NCBI GenBank assembly: GCA_003135555.1
Contig: PLCF01000085.1
Coordinates: 152,589 to 216,588 of the forward strand
Length of the DNA: 64,000 nucleotides
Direction of reading: 5' to 3'
From: Vulcanimicrobiota bacterium
Lineage (GTDB): Bacteria; Vulcanimicrobiota; Vulcanimicrobiia; Vulcanimicrobiales; Vulcanimicrobiaceae
Shown: piece after piece, positions 1 to 9,436 of the stretch
Layout of the letters: the number at the start of each line of letters is the position of its first letter
How positions within the stretch are numbered: the stretch's first letter is position 1
The notes under the pieces: generated by a model
What the model was told of the DNA's origin: nothing
The model's database searches: none
The model's input: only the letters and a program-made list of their open reading frames with translations
Translations under genes and position numbers: made by a program

Positions 1-1500
1 TTCGTGCGCGAGGTCGTCTACGCGAAGTTCTACGGCACCTCGTGGGAGCTGGACGCCTTCCTCGCTGCGGCCGTGGTTCCGGTGATCTTGTTCGGCGTTT
101 TCACCGGCGCGCTGGTCACCGCGCTGGTGCCCTTGTTCACCGACTACGTGAACACCGAGCGCGAGGACGAAGCGTGGAACCTTGCGTCGACCGTCGTCGT
201 CGTGCTGCTCGTCGTGCTCGGGCTGGGCGCGGCGGTGGGTGCTTGGCTCGCGCCGTGGTACGTGCCGCACATCTACGTGCCGCAGCACAGCCTCGACGCG
301 GCCGCCCACGTACACACCGCGGTCATCATGACGCGCTGGCTGATGCCGACGATCGTCGCGGCGAGCATCGCCGGCGTGGTCGGTGCGCTGCTCAATGCGT
401 ATCACCGGTTCGGCGCGGCGGCGCTGCAAGGCTTCGTCGCCAACGTCTGCATCATCGGCTTCGTGTGGATCGCGGAGCCGCGTTTTGGCGCGTACGCGCT
501 GGTGTTCGGTGCGCTGGCGGGCGCGTTCGTGTCCCTGCTCGCGCTGTTGCCGACGTTCTTCGCGCTGCGGCGCTTCCGGTTCGCATTCGACGTGCACCAC
601 CCCGGGCTCGTGCGGCTGATGCACGTGCTCGCGCCGATCGCGATCGGCTCGGCGGCCGGTCAGGTCGCGTTGTTTTTCGACCGTTTCTTCGCATCGCACA
701 TGACCGAAGGGACGATCGCGGGGATGAACTTCGCCGTCAAGATCGTCGGCTTTCCGCAGCAGATCTTCGTGACCGCGATCGCGACGGTGATCTTCCCGCT
801 CTTCGCCAGCCAGTTCGCGCACCACAATCGCGCGGCGATGAAGCGCAGCGTCGCCACCGGGCTGCAGATGGTGATCTTCCTGACGCTGCCGTCGGCCTGG
901 GGCCTATGCATGCTGGCCGGGCCGATCGTGCAGACGCTGTTCGAGCGCGGTGCGTTCACCCCGCAAGCCACGGTGCTGTGCGCGCAGCTGCTGCCGTTCG
1001 CCGCGGTCGGGCTGGTCGCGCTGGCGGCGAACGTCGTGCTCACGCGGTGTCTGTACGCCTGCGGGGCGGTACGGATCTCGATCGCCATCGCGGTCGCGAC
1101 GGTCGCGCTCAACGTCGCTTTGTCGCTGGCTTGGCTGCCGTCGCTGGGTGCGCGCGGGCTGCTGCTCGCCAACGCCGTCTCGCAAACGCTGCAGACCATC
1201 GCGCTCGTCGCCGTGGCGTGGCGCTCGCTGGGCGGTTTTCATCTCGGCGCGGTGTGCGTCTCGCTGCTCAAGGTGGGCGCCTGCTCCGCGGTGATGGCGT
1301 TCGCGCTGGCCGCGGTGCAGGTCACGCGCACGCCGCCCGCCCCCACCATGATCGCGCGCGTCACCAATCTGAGCGAGCACCTGCTGTTCGGCGTGTTCGT
1401 GTTCATCGCGCTCGCGCGGCTGGTCGACTCCGAAGAGCTCCACCTGGCGATCGATCTGCTGCTGCGCCGCCGTCCGCGCGATCTCGTCCCGCTGCCATGA
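1..1500 (+). CDS. murJ: MurJ/MviN-family lipid-linked glycan flippase (5' end truncated by window)
   Basis: Frame open from the window edge (FVREVVYAKFYGTSWELDAF). About 14 TM segments. MviN-like motifs 'DAFLAA..VP', 'FP.QIF..AIATVIFP', 'PIVQTLFERGAFT'. Confidence 0.9.
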   Translation, partial: FVREVVYAKFYGTSWELDAFLAAAVVPVILFGVFTGALVTALVPLFTDYVNTEREDEAWNLASTVVVVLLVVLGLGAAVGAWLAPWYVPHIYVPQHSLDAAAHVHTAVIMTRWLMPTIVAASIAGVVGALLNAYHRFGAAALQGFVANVCIIGFVWIAEPRFGAYALVFGALAGAFVSLLALLPTFFALRRFRFAFDVHHPGLVRLMHVLAPIAIGSAAGQVALFFDRFFASHMTEGTIAGMNFAVKIVGFPQQIFVTAIATVIFPLFASQFAHHNRAAMKRSVATGLQMVIFLTLPSAWGLCMLAGPIVQTLFERGAFTPQATVLCAQLLPFAAVGLVALAANVVLTRCLYACGAVRISIAIAVATVALNVALSLAWLPSLGARGLLLANAVSQTLQTIALVAVAWRSLGGFHLGAVCVSLLKVGACSAVMAFALAAVQVTRTPPAPTMIARVTNLSEHLLFGVFVFIALARLVDSEELHLAIDLLLRRRPRDLVPLP

Positions 1501-1581
1501 CAGAGTCACGCCCCGCATGACGAAGTCGCGCCCGGCATGACAGAGTCGCGCCCGGCATGACAGAGTCACGCCCCGCGTGAC
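1496..1581 (+). repeat. 20-bp tandem repeat, 4 units plus a partial (consensus CATGACAGAGTCRCGCCCSG), encoding overlapping heptapeptide mini-ORFs
   Basis: Units start at 1496, 1516, 1536 and 1556, with a partial at 1576. Each reads ATG-6 codons-TGA (MTESRPA, MTKSRPA, MTESRPA, MTESRPA) with 4-nt ATGA/GTGA overlaps. Confidence 0.95.
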
Positions 1582-2926
1582 ATTTGCACCCTGGACCGTC
1601 ACGTTGCGTCACGAGACGCACGTGCCGGTCGATGCGGCGAGCGCGCTGGTCTATCTGGCGTGCGCGGTCGGCGTCGCGTTGCTCACGCGGCGGCGTCCGG
1701 CGCTGGGCGTCGCCGCGCTGCTGGTGCTCGCCCCGTTCGACTTCGCGCGCTACGCCGGACCGACCACGATCACCACCTTGAAGGCCGGCCTGATCGGGAT
1801 GCTCGTCGCGCTGGCGTTCTCGCGGCCGGACCTGGCGGCGTTCCGGACGTTTCCGGTGCGCGCGATGCTGGCGGCGTTCGCCGCCACGCTGCTGGCGATC
1901 GCGTTGAGCGCCATCCACGCGCAGCACCTCGGCCCGGTACTGCGCGAGGCGCTCAAGGACGGTGAGTACCTGCTGCTGTTCCTGGGCGCGGTCGCCGCCT
2001 TCGCCACCGATCCCGACGACCGGCCGTTCTGGCGCACGCTCGAGCTCGCGGTCGGGCTGGTGTGCCTCTCGGCGCTCGCCGAGTACCTCGTCGGTGCGCA
2101 CAGCGGAATCTGGCTGCACGAGCGCTCCATCCCGCGCATCGCGGGCGCGCTCGAAGGGCCCAATCAACTCGCGGGCTATCTCGACGTTGCGCTGCCGGTA
2201 TTGGTCGCGCGCGCGCTGGTTCACCGCGACCGCGTGCTCGTCGCGGTGATCGGCATCGCGGCGGTCACCGACGTGTTGACGATCTCGCGGTCGGGGATCG
2301 TGGGTGCCGCGATCGGCGTCGCGGTCGTGCTGCTGGTGCTGCGGCCTTTTGGCGGCGCCGCGCTGCGCTTCGCCGCGGGCGTGGCGCTGGTGGTCGTGCT
2401 CGGGGGCGCGCTCGCGCTGCGAGCCGGCGTGCCGGCGGGATACTTCTCGCTCGATCAGGCGCCGCAGGCCGGCGATCATCTCGCCAACCGCTCGCAGCTG
2501 TGGCGGGCCGCGATCGCGTTGTGGGAAACGTCGCCCGCGGTCGGCGTCGGCGCGGGCAACTACGAGCTCGACCTGAGCGAGGTCGGGTTGACCGGCGTGC
2601 GCACCCATGCCAACAGCATCTATCTGCAGAGCCTTGCCGAGACCGGCATCGTCGGGCTGGTCGCGACGATCGCGCTGTTCGGGGTGACGATGGTGACGCT
2701 GCGGCGCAGCGGCGTCCGGCGGCCGCTGGTGGTCGGCGCGCTGGGTGCGGCCGTTGCGCTGGCGTCGCACCAGATCTTCGACGACCTATTCTTTTTTCCG
2801 AAGGTCGCGTCGGCGTACTGGCTGGTGGTCGGCGTCGCCGTCGCGGAGGTCGCCGCCCGGCGGTTGTTCGAGCGCCGCCGCGCGGCCGCGTACGTCGTGG
2901 CGCCGGCGCCGGCCGGCGCGCCGTGA
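1577..2926 (+). CDS. O-antigen ligase/polymerase-like membrane protein (Wzy_C/WaaL family)
   Basis: Polytopic. Motifs 'RIAGALEGPNQLAGYL', 'TISRSG', 'R..LW..A..LW..SP..GVG.GNY', 'HANSIYLQ.LAETGIVG'. Confidence 0.85.
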   Translation: MTFAPWTVTLRHETHVPVDAASALVYLACAVGVALLTRRRPALGVAALLVLAPFDFARYAGPTTITTLKAGLIGMLVALAFSRPDLAAFRTFPVRAMLAAFAATLLAIALSAIHAQHLGPVLREALKDGEYLLLFLGAVAAFATDPDDRPFWRTLELAVGLVCLSALAEYLVGAHSGIWLHERSIPRIAGALEGPNQLAGYLDVALPVLVARALVHRDRVLVAVIGIAAVTDVLTISRSGIVGAAIGVAVVLLVLRPFGGAALRFAAGVALVVVLGGALALRAGVPAGYFSLDQAPQAGDHLANRSQLWRAAIALWETSPAVGVGAGNYELDLSEVGLTGVRTHANSIYLQSLAETGIVGLVATIALFGVTMVTLRRSGVRRPLVVGALGAAVALASHQIFDDLFFFPKVASAYWLVVGVAVAEVAARRLFERRRAAAYVVAPAPAGAP

Positions 2927-5853
2927 ACAGCACCGGACGTCAGCGCGTCGCGCTGGTCGCACCGTTCTTCGGACGCGACTTGCGCGGCCGCAAGGAGCGC
3001 TTCGCGTTCGCGTACGCGACGCATCTCGCGCTCGAAGGCGTCGCGATCGAGGTGTTCACCACCACCACCACGCCCGATGCGCCCGATGCGAACTTCTTTG
3101 TGGCCGGAACCGACCACACCGAGCCGTTTCCGGTGCACCGCTTTCGCGTCAGCGCGCCGGATCGGGTCGCCTTCGAGGAAGCGTTGCTGGCGGTGCGCGG
3201 CTCCGGCATCACGCTCGAGGACCGCAGCGGCGCGCTGCTCGACGAGCGGCTGCGCAGCCCCGAGCTGATAGCCCACGTCCGCGCGTCGGCCGACCGGTAC
3301 GACGCGTTTCTGTTCCTCGACCTCACCGTGCCCACCACGGTCTACGCGCTCATCGACGTCGCCGAGCGCGGGCTGTTGGTGCCGCTGCTCGACGACGAAC
3401 CCGCGGCGCGGCTGCCGGCGGTCGCCGCCGCGGTCGCCCGGGCGCGCATGATCCTGTGCACCACCGAAGCCGAAGCGCTGCTCGTCGCCGAGCTGTACGG
3501 CCCCGCGACGCGCACGCGCACGCGCATCATCGGGCTGGGCGCCGACGTGGTGCCGCGCCAGGACTTGCGGCGCGACCGCGTCGATCGGGTCACGCACGGC
3601 CGGCCGTACGTCCTGGCGGTCGGCGGCGATCCGCTCGAGACCGCCGAGCTGCGCCGCAGCGGCGACTCGCAGGTCGTTGCGTTGGCCGATACCGCCGAGG
3701 GCGATCGTGCCGCCTTCTTCGCGTATGCGCGCGCGGTGGCGGTCAGCGGCGCCGGGCTGTGCTTCGTACCCGAGGTCGTCGAGGCGTGGGCCTACGGCAA
3801 GCCGGTGCTGGCTTCCGAAGACGCTTCGGGCGCGGCCCTGCTCGTGCGCGAGACCGGCGGCGGGATCGTGGTGGCGCGCGGCGGCTGGGCGCAGGCGATT
3901 GCAGCACTCCCCGGCGACGCGGCGCTGGCGACGCTGGCCGCCGCGGGCGCCGCCTACGTCGCGCGGCGCGGCGGCTGGCGCCGCGTCGCGGCGCGCACGT
4001 CGGAAGCGATCGACGGCATCGGCGCGCTCGCCGACGGCCGTTCGCGCGATGCGCTCCTGGCCCACGTCGCCTACCTCTATCCGCTGGTGCAACGGCAGCG
4101 CCGCACGATCGAGGCGATGCGCGTCAGCCGCTTCTGGCGGCTGCGGGACGTCTGGTTCGACGCGCGGCGGCGCTTCGGCGTCGGTCCGGCCGAGGATCCC
4201 GTGCACGTCTCCGACGCCGATGCACGCGCCGTCGAGCTCGCGGCGCTGGGCGATCCGTACCAGTTGTTCCGCGAGCACCATCGCGTGCGCGGCGAGGACG
4301 TCGAGCGAATGCGCGCGATGGCGCGTTTCCTGCCCAAGCCGGTCAGCCTCGCGCTGGTGATCGACGCGCGCGGCCGCGGCACCGGCGGGGTCGCCACCGC
4401 GCTGCGCTCGCTGTGCGATCAGGTCTACGAGCGCTGGTCGGCGCGCGTGCTGCTCGACGATCCGGCCGAAGTTCCGGCCGACGTCGCGGCGATCGTGGCG
4501 CAGGACGAGCGCGTCACGATCGTGCCCGCGGGCGGCGATCGCTACGGCTCCTGCGACCTCGTGGGGCCGCTCGATCCGTACGACCGTCTCGAAACGCACG
4601 CGCTGTTCGAGCTGACGCTGGCGCTGCAAGACGACGCCGACGTCGTGTACTCCGACGAGGACGCCATCGACGAGCGCGAGGTCCCCGGGCAGCCGTGGTT
4701 CAAGCCGGATTGGTCGCCCGAGACCCTGCTCACACGCGATTACGTGGGCCGGCTGTGCGTGATGCGCCGCGACCTGCTCGAGCGCGTCGGCGGCGTACGC
4801 GACGTGTTCGAAAGCGCACGCTGGTACGAGGCGCTGCTGCGCGTCACCGAAGCGACGTCGCGCGTGGTGCACGTGGCGCAGGTACTCTGTCACCGCGACG
4901 CGCGCAACCGGGTCGAGAACCGCGATCTCGCGCTCGCCGTGGAGGTCGCGCTGCGGCGCCGCGGCGAGGAGGCCGAGCTGCAGCTCGTCGAGTCGGGCGT
5001 CGAGGTGCGCTTCGTTACCGCCGGCGAACGCGTGTGCGTCATCATCCCGACCCGCGATCGCAGCGATCTGCTGGGCCCGTGCATCGCATCGGTCTTCGGC
5101 CGCACGACGTACCGCAACTTCGAGCTGCTCGTAGTCGACAACGGCAGCCGCGAAGCGGCGACGCTAGAGCTGTTCGCGCACTGGGAGCGCCGCGAGCCCA
5201 CCCGCTTCCGCGTGCTGCGCGACCCGGCTCCCTTCAACTACTCGCGGCTCAACAACGAGGCGGCGCGCGCCGCCGACGCGGCGTTCCTGCTGCTGCTCAA
5301 CAACGATACCGAAGTGATCGCACCGGATTGGATCGACGCAATGCTCGGCCAGGCGCGCCGCGCGCAGGTCGGCGCGGTGGGCGCGCTGTTGCTGTATCCC
5401 GACGGCACGGTACAGCACAGCGGCGTCGTGCTCGGCATCCTGGGGCTGGCCGGCCACGCGCACCGCTACTTGCCCGGAAACGGCCCGGGGTACCACGGTG
5501 CCCTCGAGCTCGACACGAACTATTTGGCCTTGACCGGGGCCTGTCTCATGGTCGAGAAGCGCAAGTACCTCGAGGTCGGCGGACTCGACGAGACGCTGGC
5601 GGTTTCGTACAACGACGTCGACCTGTGCCTCAAGCTGCGCCAGGCCGGCTACCGCAATGTCGTCGTCCCGCGCGCGCGGCTGTACCACTACGAGTCCAAG
5701 AGCCGCGGCGGCGACGATACGCCGGCCAAGGTCGCGCGGGCGATGGAGGAAGTGAGCACGATCCGCCGGCGCTGGCCGCAGTTCGCCGCGCGCGATCCGT
5801 ACTACAACCAGAACCTCACCGTCGACTCCGAAGATTTCGGGCTGCGCCTGTGA
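2923..5853 (+). CDS. Multidomain glycosyltransferase (degenerate GT4-like N-terminus plus two GT2 domains)
   Basis: GTG overlaps the upstream TGA. GT4-like 'VEAWAYGKPV'. GT2 motifs 'VYSDED', 'FKPDWSPE', 'VIIPTRD', 'LLVVDNGS', 'LLNNDTE', 'YNDVDLCL', 'YHYESKSRG'. Confidence 0.85.
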   Translation: MNSTGRQRVALVAPFFGRDLRGRKERFAFAYATHLALEGVAIEVFTTTTTPDAPDANFFVAGTDHTEPFPVHRFRVSAPDRVAFEEALLAVRGSGITLEDRSGALLDERLRSPELIAHVRASADRYDAFLFLDLTVPTTVYALIDVAERGLLVPLLDDEPAARLPAVAAAVARARMILCTTEAEALLVAELYGPATRTRTRIIGLGADVVPRQDLRRDRVDRVTHGRPYVLAVGGDPLETAELRRSGDSQVVALADTAEGDRAAFFAYARAVAVSGAGLCFVPEVVEAWAYGKPVLASEDASGAALLVRETGGGIVVARGGWAQAIAALPGDAALATLAAAGAAYVARRGGWRRVAARTSEAIDGIGALADGRSRDALLAHVAYLYPLVQRQRRTIEAMRVSRFWRLRDVWFDARRRFGVGPAEDPVHVSDADARAVELAALGDPYQLFREHHRVRGEDVERMRAMARFLPKPVSLALVIDARGRGTGGVATALRSLCDQVYERWSARVLLDDPAEVPADVAAIVAQDERVTIVPAGGDRYGSCDLVGPLDPYDRLETHALFELTLALQDDADVVYSDEDAIDEREVPGQPWFKPDWSPETLLTRDYVGRLCVMRRDLLERVGGVRDVFESARWYEALLRVTEATSRVVHVAQVLCHRDARNRVENRDLALAVEVALRRRGEEAELQLVESGVEVRFVTAGERVCVIIPTRDRSDLLGPCIASVFGRTTYRNFELLVVDNGSREAATLELFAHWERREPTRFRVLRDPAPFNYSRLNNEAARAADAAFLLLLNNDTEVIAPDWIDAMLGQARRAQVGAVGALLLYPDGTVQHSGVVLGILGLAGHAHRYLPGNGPGYHGALELDTNYLALTGACLMVEKRKYLEVGGLDETLAVSYNDVDLCLKLRQAGYRNVVVPRARLYHYESKSRGGDDTPAKVARAMEEVSTIRRRWPQFAARDPYYNQNLTVDSEDFGLRL

Positions 5854-7130
5854 CCGGGATCGCCGCCGAACCGGGGGCGCCGCGCCGCACCGGGGTCGCC
5901 GCGCACGCCGGGATCACTTTCGTCGGGCTGATGACCGCGAACGTGCTGGGCTACGTCTTTTACGCGCTGGTGAGCCGCACCGTCGGGGTCGAAGCGTACG
6001 GAACGTTTTCGTCGCTCGTCGCGATCGTGCTCATCTTGAGCGCACCCGCGCAGATCGCGCAGATGGTCGTCGCGAAGCTGGCCACCGACTTGACCTTCGA
6101 TCCCGACCGGCTGGCGGGGCTGGTGCGGGCGATCGATCGCGTGACGCTGACGGTGGCGGCGGTCGGCGGCGCGGCGTTGATCGCGGTCTCGGTCCCGCTG
6201 GCGCGCTTTCTGCACCTCGCGGATCCGCTGCTGGTCACCTTCGCCGGGCTTTCGCTGTGCGGCGCGCTCGCGTTGCCGTTCCTGCGCGGCGTGCTGCAGG
6301 GGACCTCGCGGTTTCGCGCCTTTGCGCTCTCCAACGTCGCCGAAACCGCGGCGAAAGCGATCTTTGCGCCGGCGTTGGCGCTCGCCGCCGGGGTGCGCGG
6401 GGCGGTCGCCGGGATGGCGCTGGGGTACGCGCTCGCCGCGGTCTACACGTTCGTCGCGGCGGTCCCGCACCGCCGCGGCACCCCCAGCACGTTCTCGCTG
6501 CGCACCGTGGCGCGAACGTCCGCGTCGGTCGCCGTCGCGGTGGTGTGCATCAACGTGCTGTTGTTGTACGACGTCGTGCTGGCCAAACGGTACCTCGACG
6601 CGCACACCGCCGGGCTCTACGGCGCCGCCGCGCTGGCCGCCCGGGCGCTCTACGCGGTCCTCGCGTTCGTGCCGACGGTGCTCTTGCCGCAGGCGGCGGT
6701 GCGCGCGGCCCGCCGCGAGCGCACGCGCTGGCTCTTTCTCCAAGCGTTCGGCGTCGCGGCGGCGATCGCCGCCGCGGCGATCGGCTTCTACGCGCTGTTT
6801 CCGGAGTTCGTCGTCGTCGCGGTCGCCGGGCGCAGCTTCGCGAGCGGGGCGCCGTTCTTGGTGCCGTACGTGTACGCGATCGCGGCCGCGGCGCTGGCCA
6901 ACGTCGTCGCGACCTACAACGTCGCGCGCGGCCGGATGGCCTTCGTCGTCCCGCTCGCGTGCGTGCTGGCCGGCGAGATCGCCAGCATCGTGATCCGCCA
7001 CCGCGGTCCGGGCGATCTGCTGCAGACCATCGTCGTCGGACACACCCTCGCGCTGCTCGCGACGGCGACGTCGTTGGGCGGCGCGAGGCCGCCGGGGCCC
7101 GAAGCCGAACTGGGAACCGCCACACCATGA
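5850..7130 (+). CDS. Wzx/PST-family oligosaccharide flippase
   Basis: GTGA overlap with the upstream gene. About 12 TM segments. Motifs 'SRTVGVEAYGTFSSL', 'RGVLQG', 'DVVLAKRYL...AGLYGAA'. Confidence 0.75.
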   Translation: MTGIAAEPGAPRRTGVAAHAGITFVGLMTANVLGYVFYALVSRTVGVEAYGTFSSLVAIVLILSAPAQIAQMVVAKLATDLTFDPDRLAGLVRAIDRVTLTVAAVGGAALIAVSVPLARFLHLADPLLVTFAGLSLCGALALPFLRGVLQGTSRFRAFALSNVAETAAKAIFAPALALAAGVRGAVAGMALGYALAAVYTFVAAVPHRRGTPSTFSLRTVARTSASVAVAVVCINVLLLYDVVLAKRYLDAHTAGLYGAAALAARALYAVLAFVPTVLLPQAAVRAARRERTRWLFLQAFGVAAAIAAAAIGFYALFPEFVVVAVAGRSFASGAPFLVPYVYAIAAAALANVVATYNVARGRMAFVVPLACVLAGEIASIVIRHRGPGDLLQTIVVGHTLALLATATSLGGARPPGPEAELGTATP

Positions 7131-8464
7131 GACGCATCGCGATCGTCGGCTCGGGCTACGTCGGACTCGTCACGGGGACGTGCTTCTCGGAGCTGGGCAA
7201 CCGCGTGGTGTGCGTCGACAACGACGCCGCGAAGATCGAACGGCTCGACGCCGGCGAGGTTCCGTTCTACGAGCCGTCGCTGGGTGAGATGATCGCCCGC
7301 AACGTGCAAGCGCGGCGCTTGACCTTTACCACCGACGTCGCCGCAGCGGTGCGCGGCAGCGAGATCATCTTCATCGCGGTCGGGACGCCGATGCGCGCCG
7401 ACGGCCACGCCGACCTGGGCGCGGTACGCGCGGCGGCACGCGACATCGGCGCGGCGCTCAACGGCCCCAAGATCGTGGTCTCGAAGTCGACCGTCCCGGT
7501 CGAGACCGGTGAGATGGTCTCCTCGATCATCCGGCGTCACGCGCGCGCGCAGCATCCGATCAGCGTCGTGAGCAACCCCGAGTTCTTGCGCGAGGGCTCG
7601 GCGGTCGCGGACTTCCTGCGCCCCGACCGCATCGTGCTCGGAACCGAGGACGCCGCCGCGGAACAGGTCATGCGCGAGCTGTACGCGCCGCTCGAAGCGC
7701 CGATCGTGGTCACCGACGTCCGCACCGCCGAGATGATCAAGTATGCCGCGAACGCCTTCTTGGCGACGAAGATCTCGTTCATCAACGAGATCGCCAACAT
7801 CTGCGAGCTGCTCGACGTCGACGTGCGCGCCGTCTGCAACGGCATCGGCTACGATCAGCGGATCGGGACGAAGTTCCTCAATCCGGGGATCGGCTACGGC
7901 GGCTCGTGCTTCCCCAAGGACGTGCGCGCGCTCGAGCAGTTGGCGGTGGAGCGCGACTACCAGGCGCCGCTGCTCCACGCCGTCGAGCTGGTGAACCGGC
8001 GTCAGATCGAGCGCACGGTCGTGCGGCTCGAGCGCGAACTAGGCGGCTTGCGGGGCCGGGTCGTCGCCGTGCTGGGCTTGGCGTTCAAACCCAACACCGA
8101 CGACGTGCGCGACGCGCCGGCGCTGGCGCTCATCGCCCGGCTGCTCGACCGCGGCGCGGCGGTGCGCGCGCACGACCCGATCGCCAACGCGCTCGCGCGC
8201 GAGGCGCTCGGAACCGACGGCATCGTGTTCTGCGACGACATGTACGAGAGCGTCAGCGGCGCCGACGCGATCGTGCTCGCGACGGAATGGAACGAGTTTC
8301 GGGCGCTCGACTTCGCACGCTGCGCCGCCTCGATGCGCGGATCCGTGCTCATCGACGGCCGCAACGTCTTCGATCCCGACAAAGTGCGCGCCGCCGGGCT
8401 ACGCTATCTGGGGATCGGCCGCGTGAAGCTCCCCGATCAGCTCGACGCAGCCGAGCGAAAGTAG
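7127..8464 (+). CDS. ugd: UDP-glucose 6-dehydrogenase
   Basis: 'GSGYVGL', 'KSTVPV', 'SNPEFLREG', 'AEMIKYAANAFLATKISFINE', catalytic 'GGSCFPKD', 'GLAFKPNTDDVR'. Confidence 0.95.
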   Translation: MRRIAIVGSGYVGLVTGTCFSELGNRVVCVDNDAAKIERLDAGEVPFYEPSLGEMIARNVQARRLTFTTDVAAAVRGSEIIFIAVGTPMRADGHADLGAVRAAARDIGAALNGPKIVVSKSTVPVETGEMVSSIIRRHARAQHPISVVSNPEFLREGSAVADFLRPDRIVLGTEDAAAEQVMRELYAPLEAPIVVTDVRTAEMIKYAANAFLATKISFINEIANICELLDVDVRAVCNGIGYDQRIGTKFLNPGIGYGGSCFPKDVRALEQLAVERDYQAPLLHAVELVNRRQIERTVVRLERELGGLRGRVVAVLGLAFKPNTDDVRDAPALALIARLLDRGAAVRAHDPIANALAREALGTDGIVFCDDMYESVSGADAIVLATEWNEFRALDFARCAASMRGSVLIDGRNVFDPDKVRAAGLRYLGIGRVKLPDQLDAAERK

Positions 8465-9399
8465 TCCAGCGTGCGCTCGAGCCCGGTCTCGAGCGTGGTC
8501 CACGGCTCCCATCCCAGCAGTTCGCGCGCCAGGCTGATGTCGGGCCGCCGCCGGACCGGGTCGTCGGCGGGCAGCGGGCGTGCTTCGATGCGCAGGTCGA
8601 CTCGCGCCAGGCGCGCCGTGACCTCGGCCAGCCGGCGGACCGTGTACTCGTCGGGATTGCCGAGGTTGATCACGCGCCCGCCCAGCCCCGCCCGCGTCGC
8701 GAAGCGCACGATGCCGTCGACGAGATCGTCGACGAAGCAGAAGCTGCGTGTCTGGGAGCCGTCGCCGTACACGGTCAGCGCGCGGCCCCGCAACGCGGCG
8801 ACGCAGAAGTTCGGGATGACGCGGCCGTCGGCGGGGTCCATGCGCGGACCGTAGGTGTTGAAGATGCGCGCGACCCGCCCGTCGATGCCGAGCTTGCGAA
8901 CGGCCGTGGTAACGTAGGCCTCGCCGTAGCGTTTGGACTCGTCGTAGCACGAGCGCATCCCGACCGGGTTGACGTGGCCCCAGTACGTCTCGCGCTGCGG
9001 GTGCTCGAGCGCGTCGCCGTAGCTCTCGCTCGTCGACGCGTACAGCAACGTCGCGGCGTTGCGGGTGGCGAAGGCGACCGCGTGCATCGTGCCGGCCGCG
9101 TTGACGGCCAGGGTTTCGAGCGCGAGGCGCTCGTAGTGCACCGGGCTCGCGGGCGAGGCGAAGTGCAGCACCAGCTGCGGGCGCTGCGCTCCTTCGAGCT
9201 GTTCGCCCCACGCGTCCCACGGTTGCGCGACGTCGGCCTCGACGAAGCGGAATCGCGCGCTCGCCTCCGCGTCGCGCAGGTTGCGGCGGTCGCCGGTGGC
9301 GAGGTTGTCGACGCCGACGACCTCCCAGCCGTCTTGCAACAGCCGGTCGCACAGATGCGAACCGATGAATCCGGCGGCTCCGGTGATGCAGGCCAGCAC
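8437..9399 (-). CDS. UDP-glucuronate decarboxylase (UDP-xylose synthase)-like extended SDR
   Basis: 'ITGAAGFIGSHL', 'HFASPASPVHY', 'ASTSESYGD', 'RSCYDESKRYGE', 'RIFNTYGPRM', 'DDPVRRRPDI'. GTG start follows a GAAGG RBS. Confidence 0.85.
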   Translation of the reverse strand: MLACITGAAGFIGSHLCDRLLQDGWEVVGVDNLATGDRRNLRDAEASARFRFVEADVAQPWDAWGEQLEGAQRPQLVLHFASPASPVHYERLALETLAVNAAGTMHAVAFATRNAATLLYASTSESYGDALEHPQRETYWGHVNPVGMRSCYDESKRYGEAYVTTAVRKLGIDGRVARIFNTYGPRMDPADGRVIPNFCVAALRGRALTVYGDGSQTRSFCFVDDLVDGIVRFATRAGLGGRVINLGNPDEYTVRRLAEVTARLARVDLRIEARPLPADDPVRRRPDISLARELLGWEPWTTLETGLERTLDYFRSAASS

Positions 9400-9436
9400 C
9401 GCTGCGCCTTCGGTAGCTCGCGCGGCGCTGCCCGCC

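Noticed and set aside
1496..1581. Possible CRISPR array
   Set aside because: The units are contiguous with no unique spacers, and no cas genes are present.
2062..7130. Very long ORFs of 1263 and 1461 aa suggesting giant fusion proteins
   Set aside because: Their N-terminal parts are Arg/Gly-rich off-frame extensions over real genes. The true starts are the GTGA overlaps at 2923 and 5850.
8437..8464. Convergent 28-bp overlap of ugd and the decarboxylase gene
   Set aside because: Short tail-to-tail overlaps are common in compact high-GC genomes, and nothing here indicates a function.
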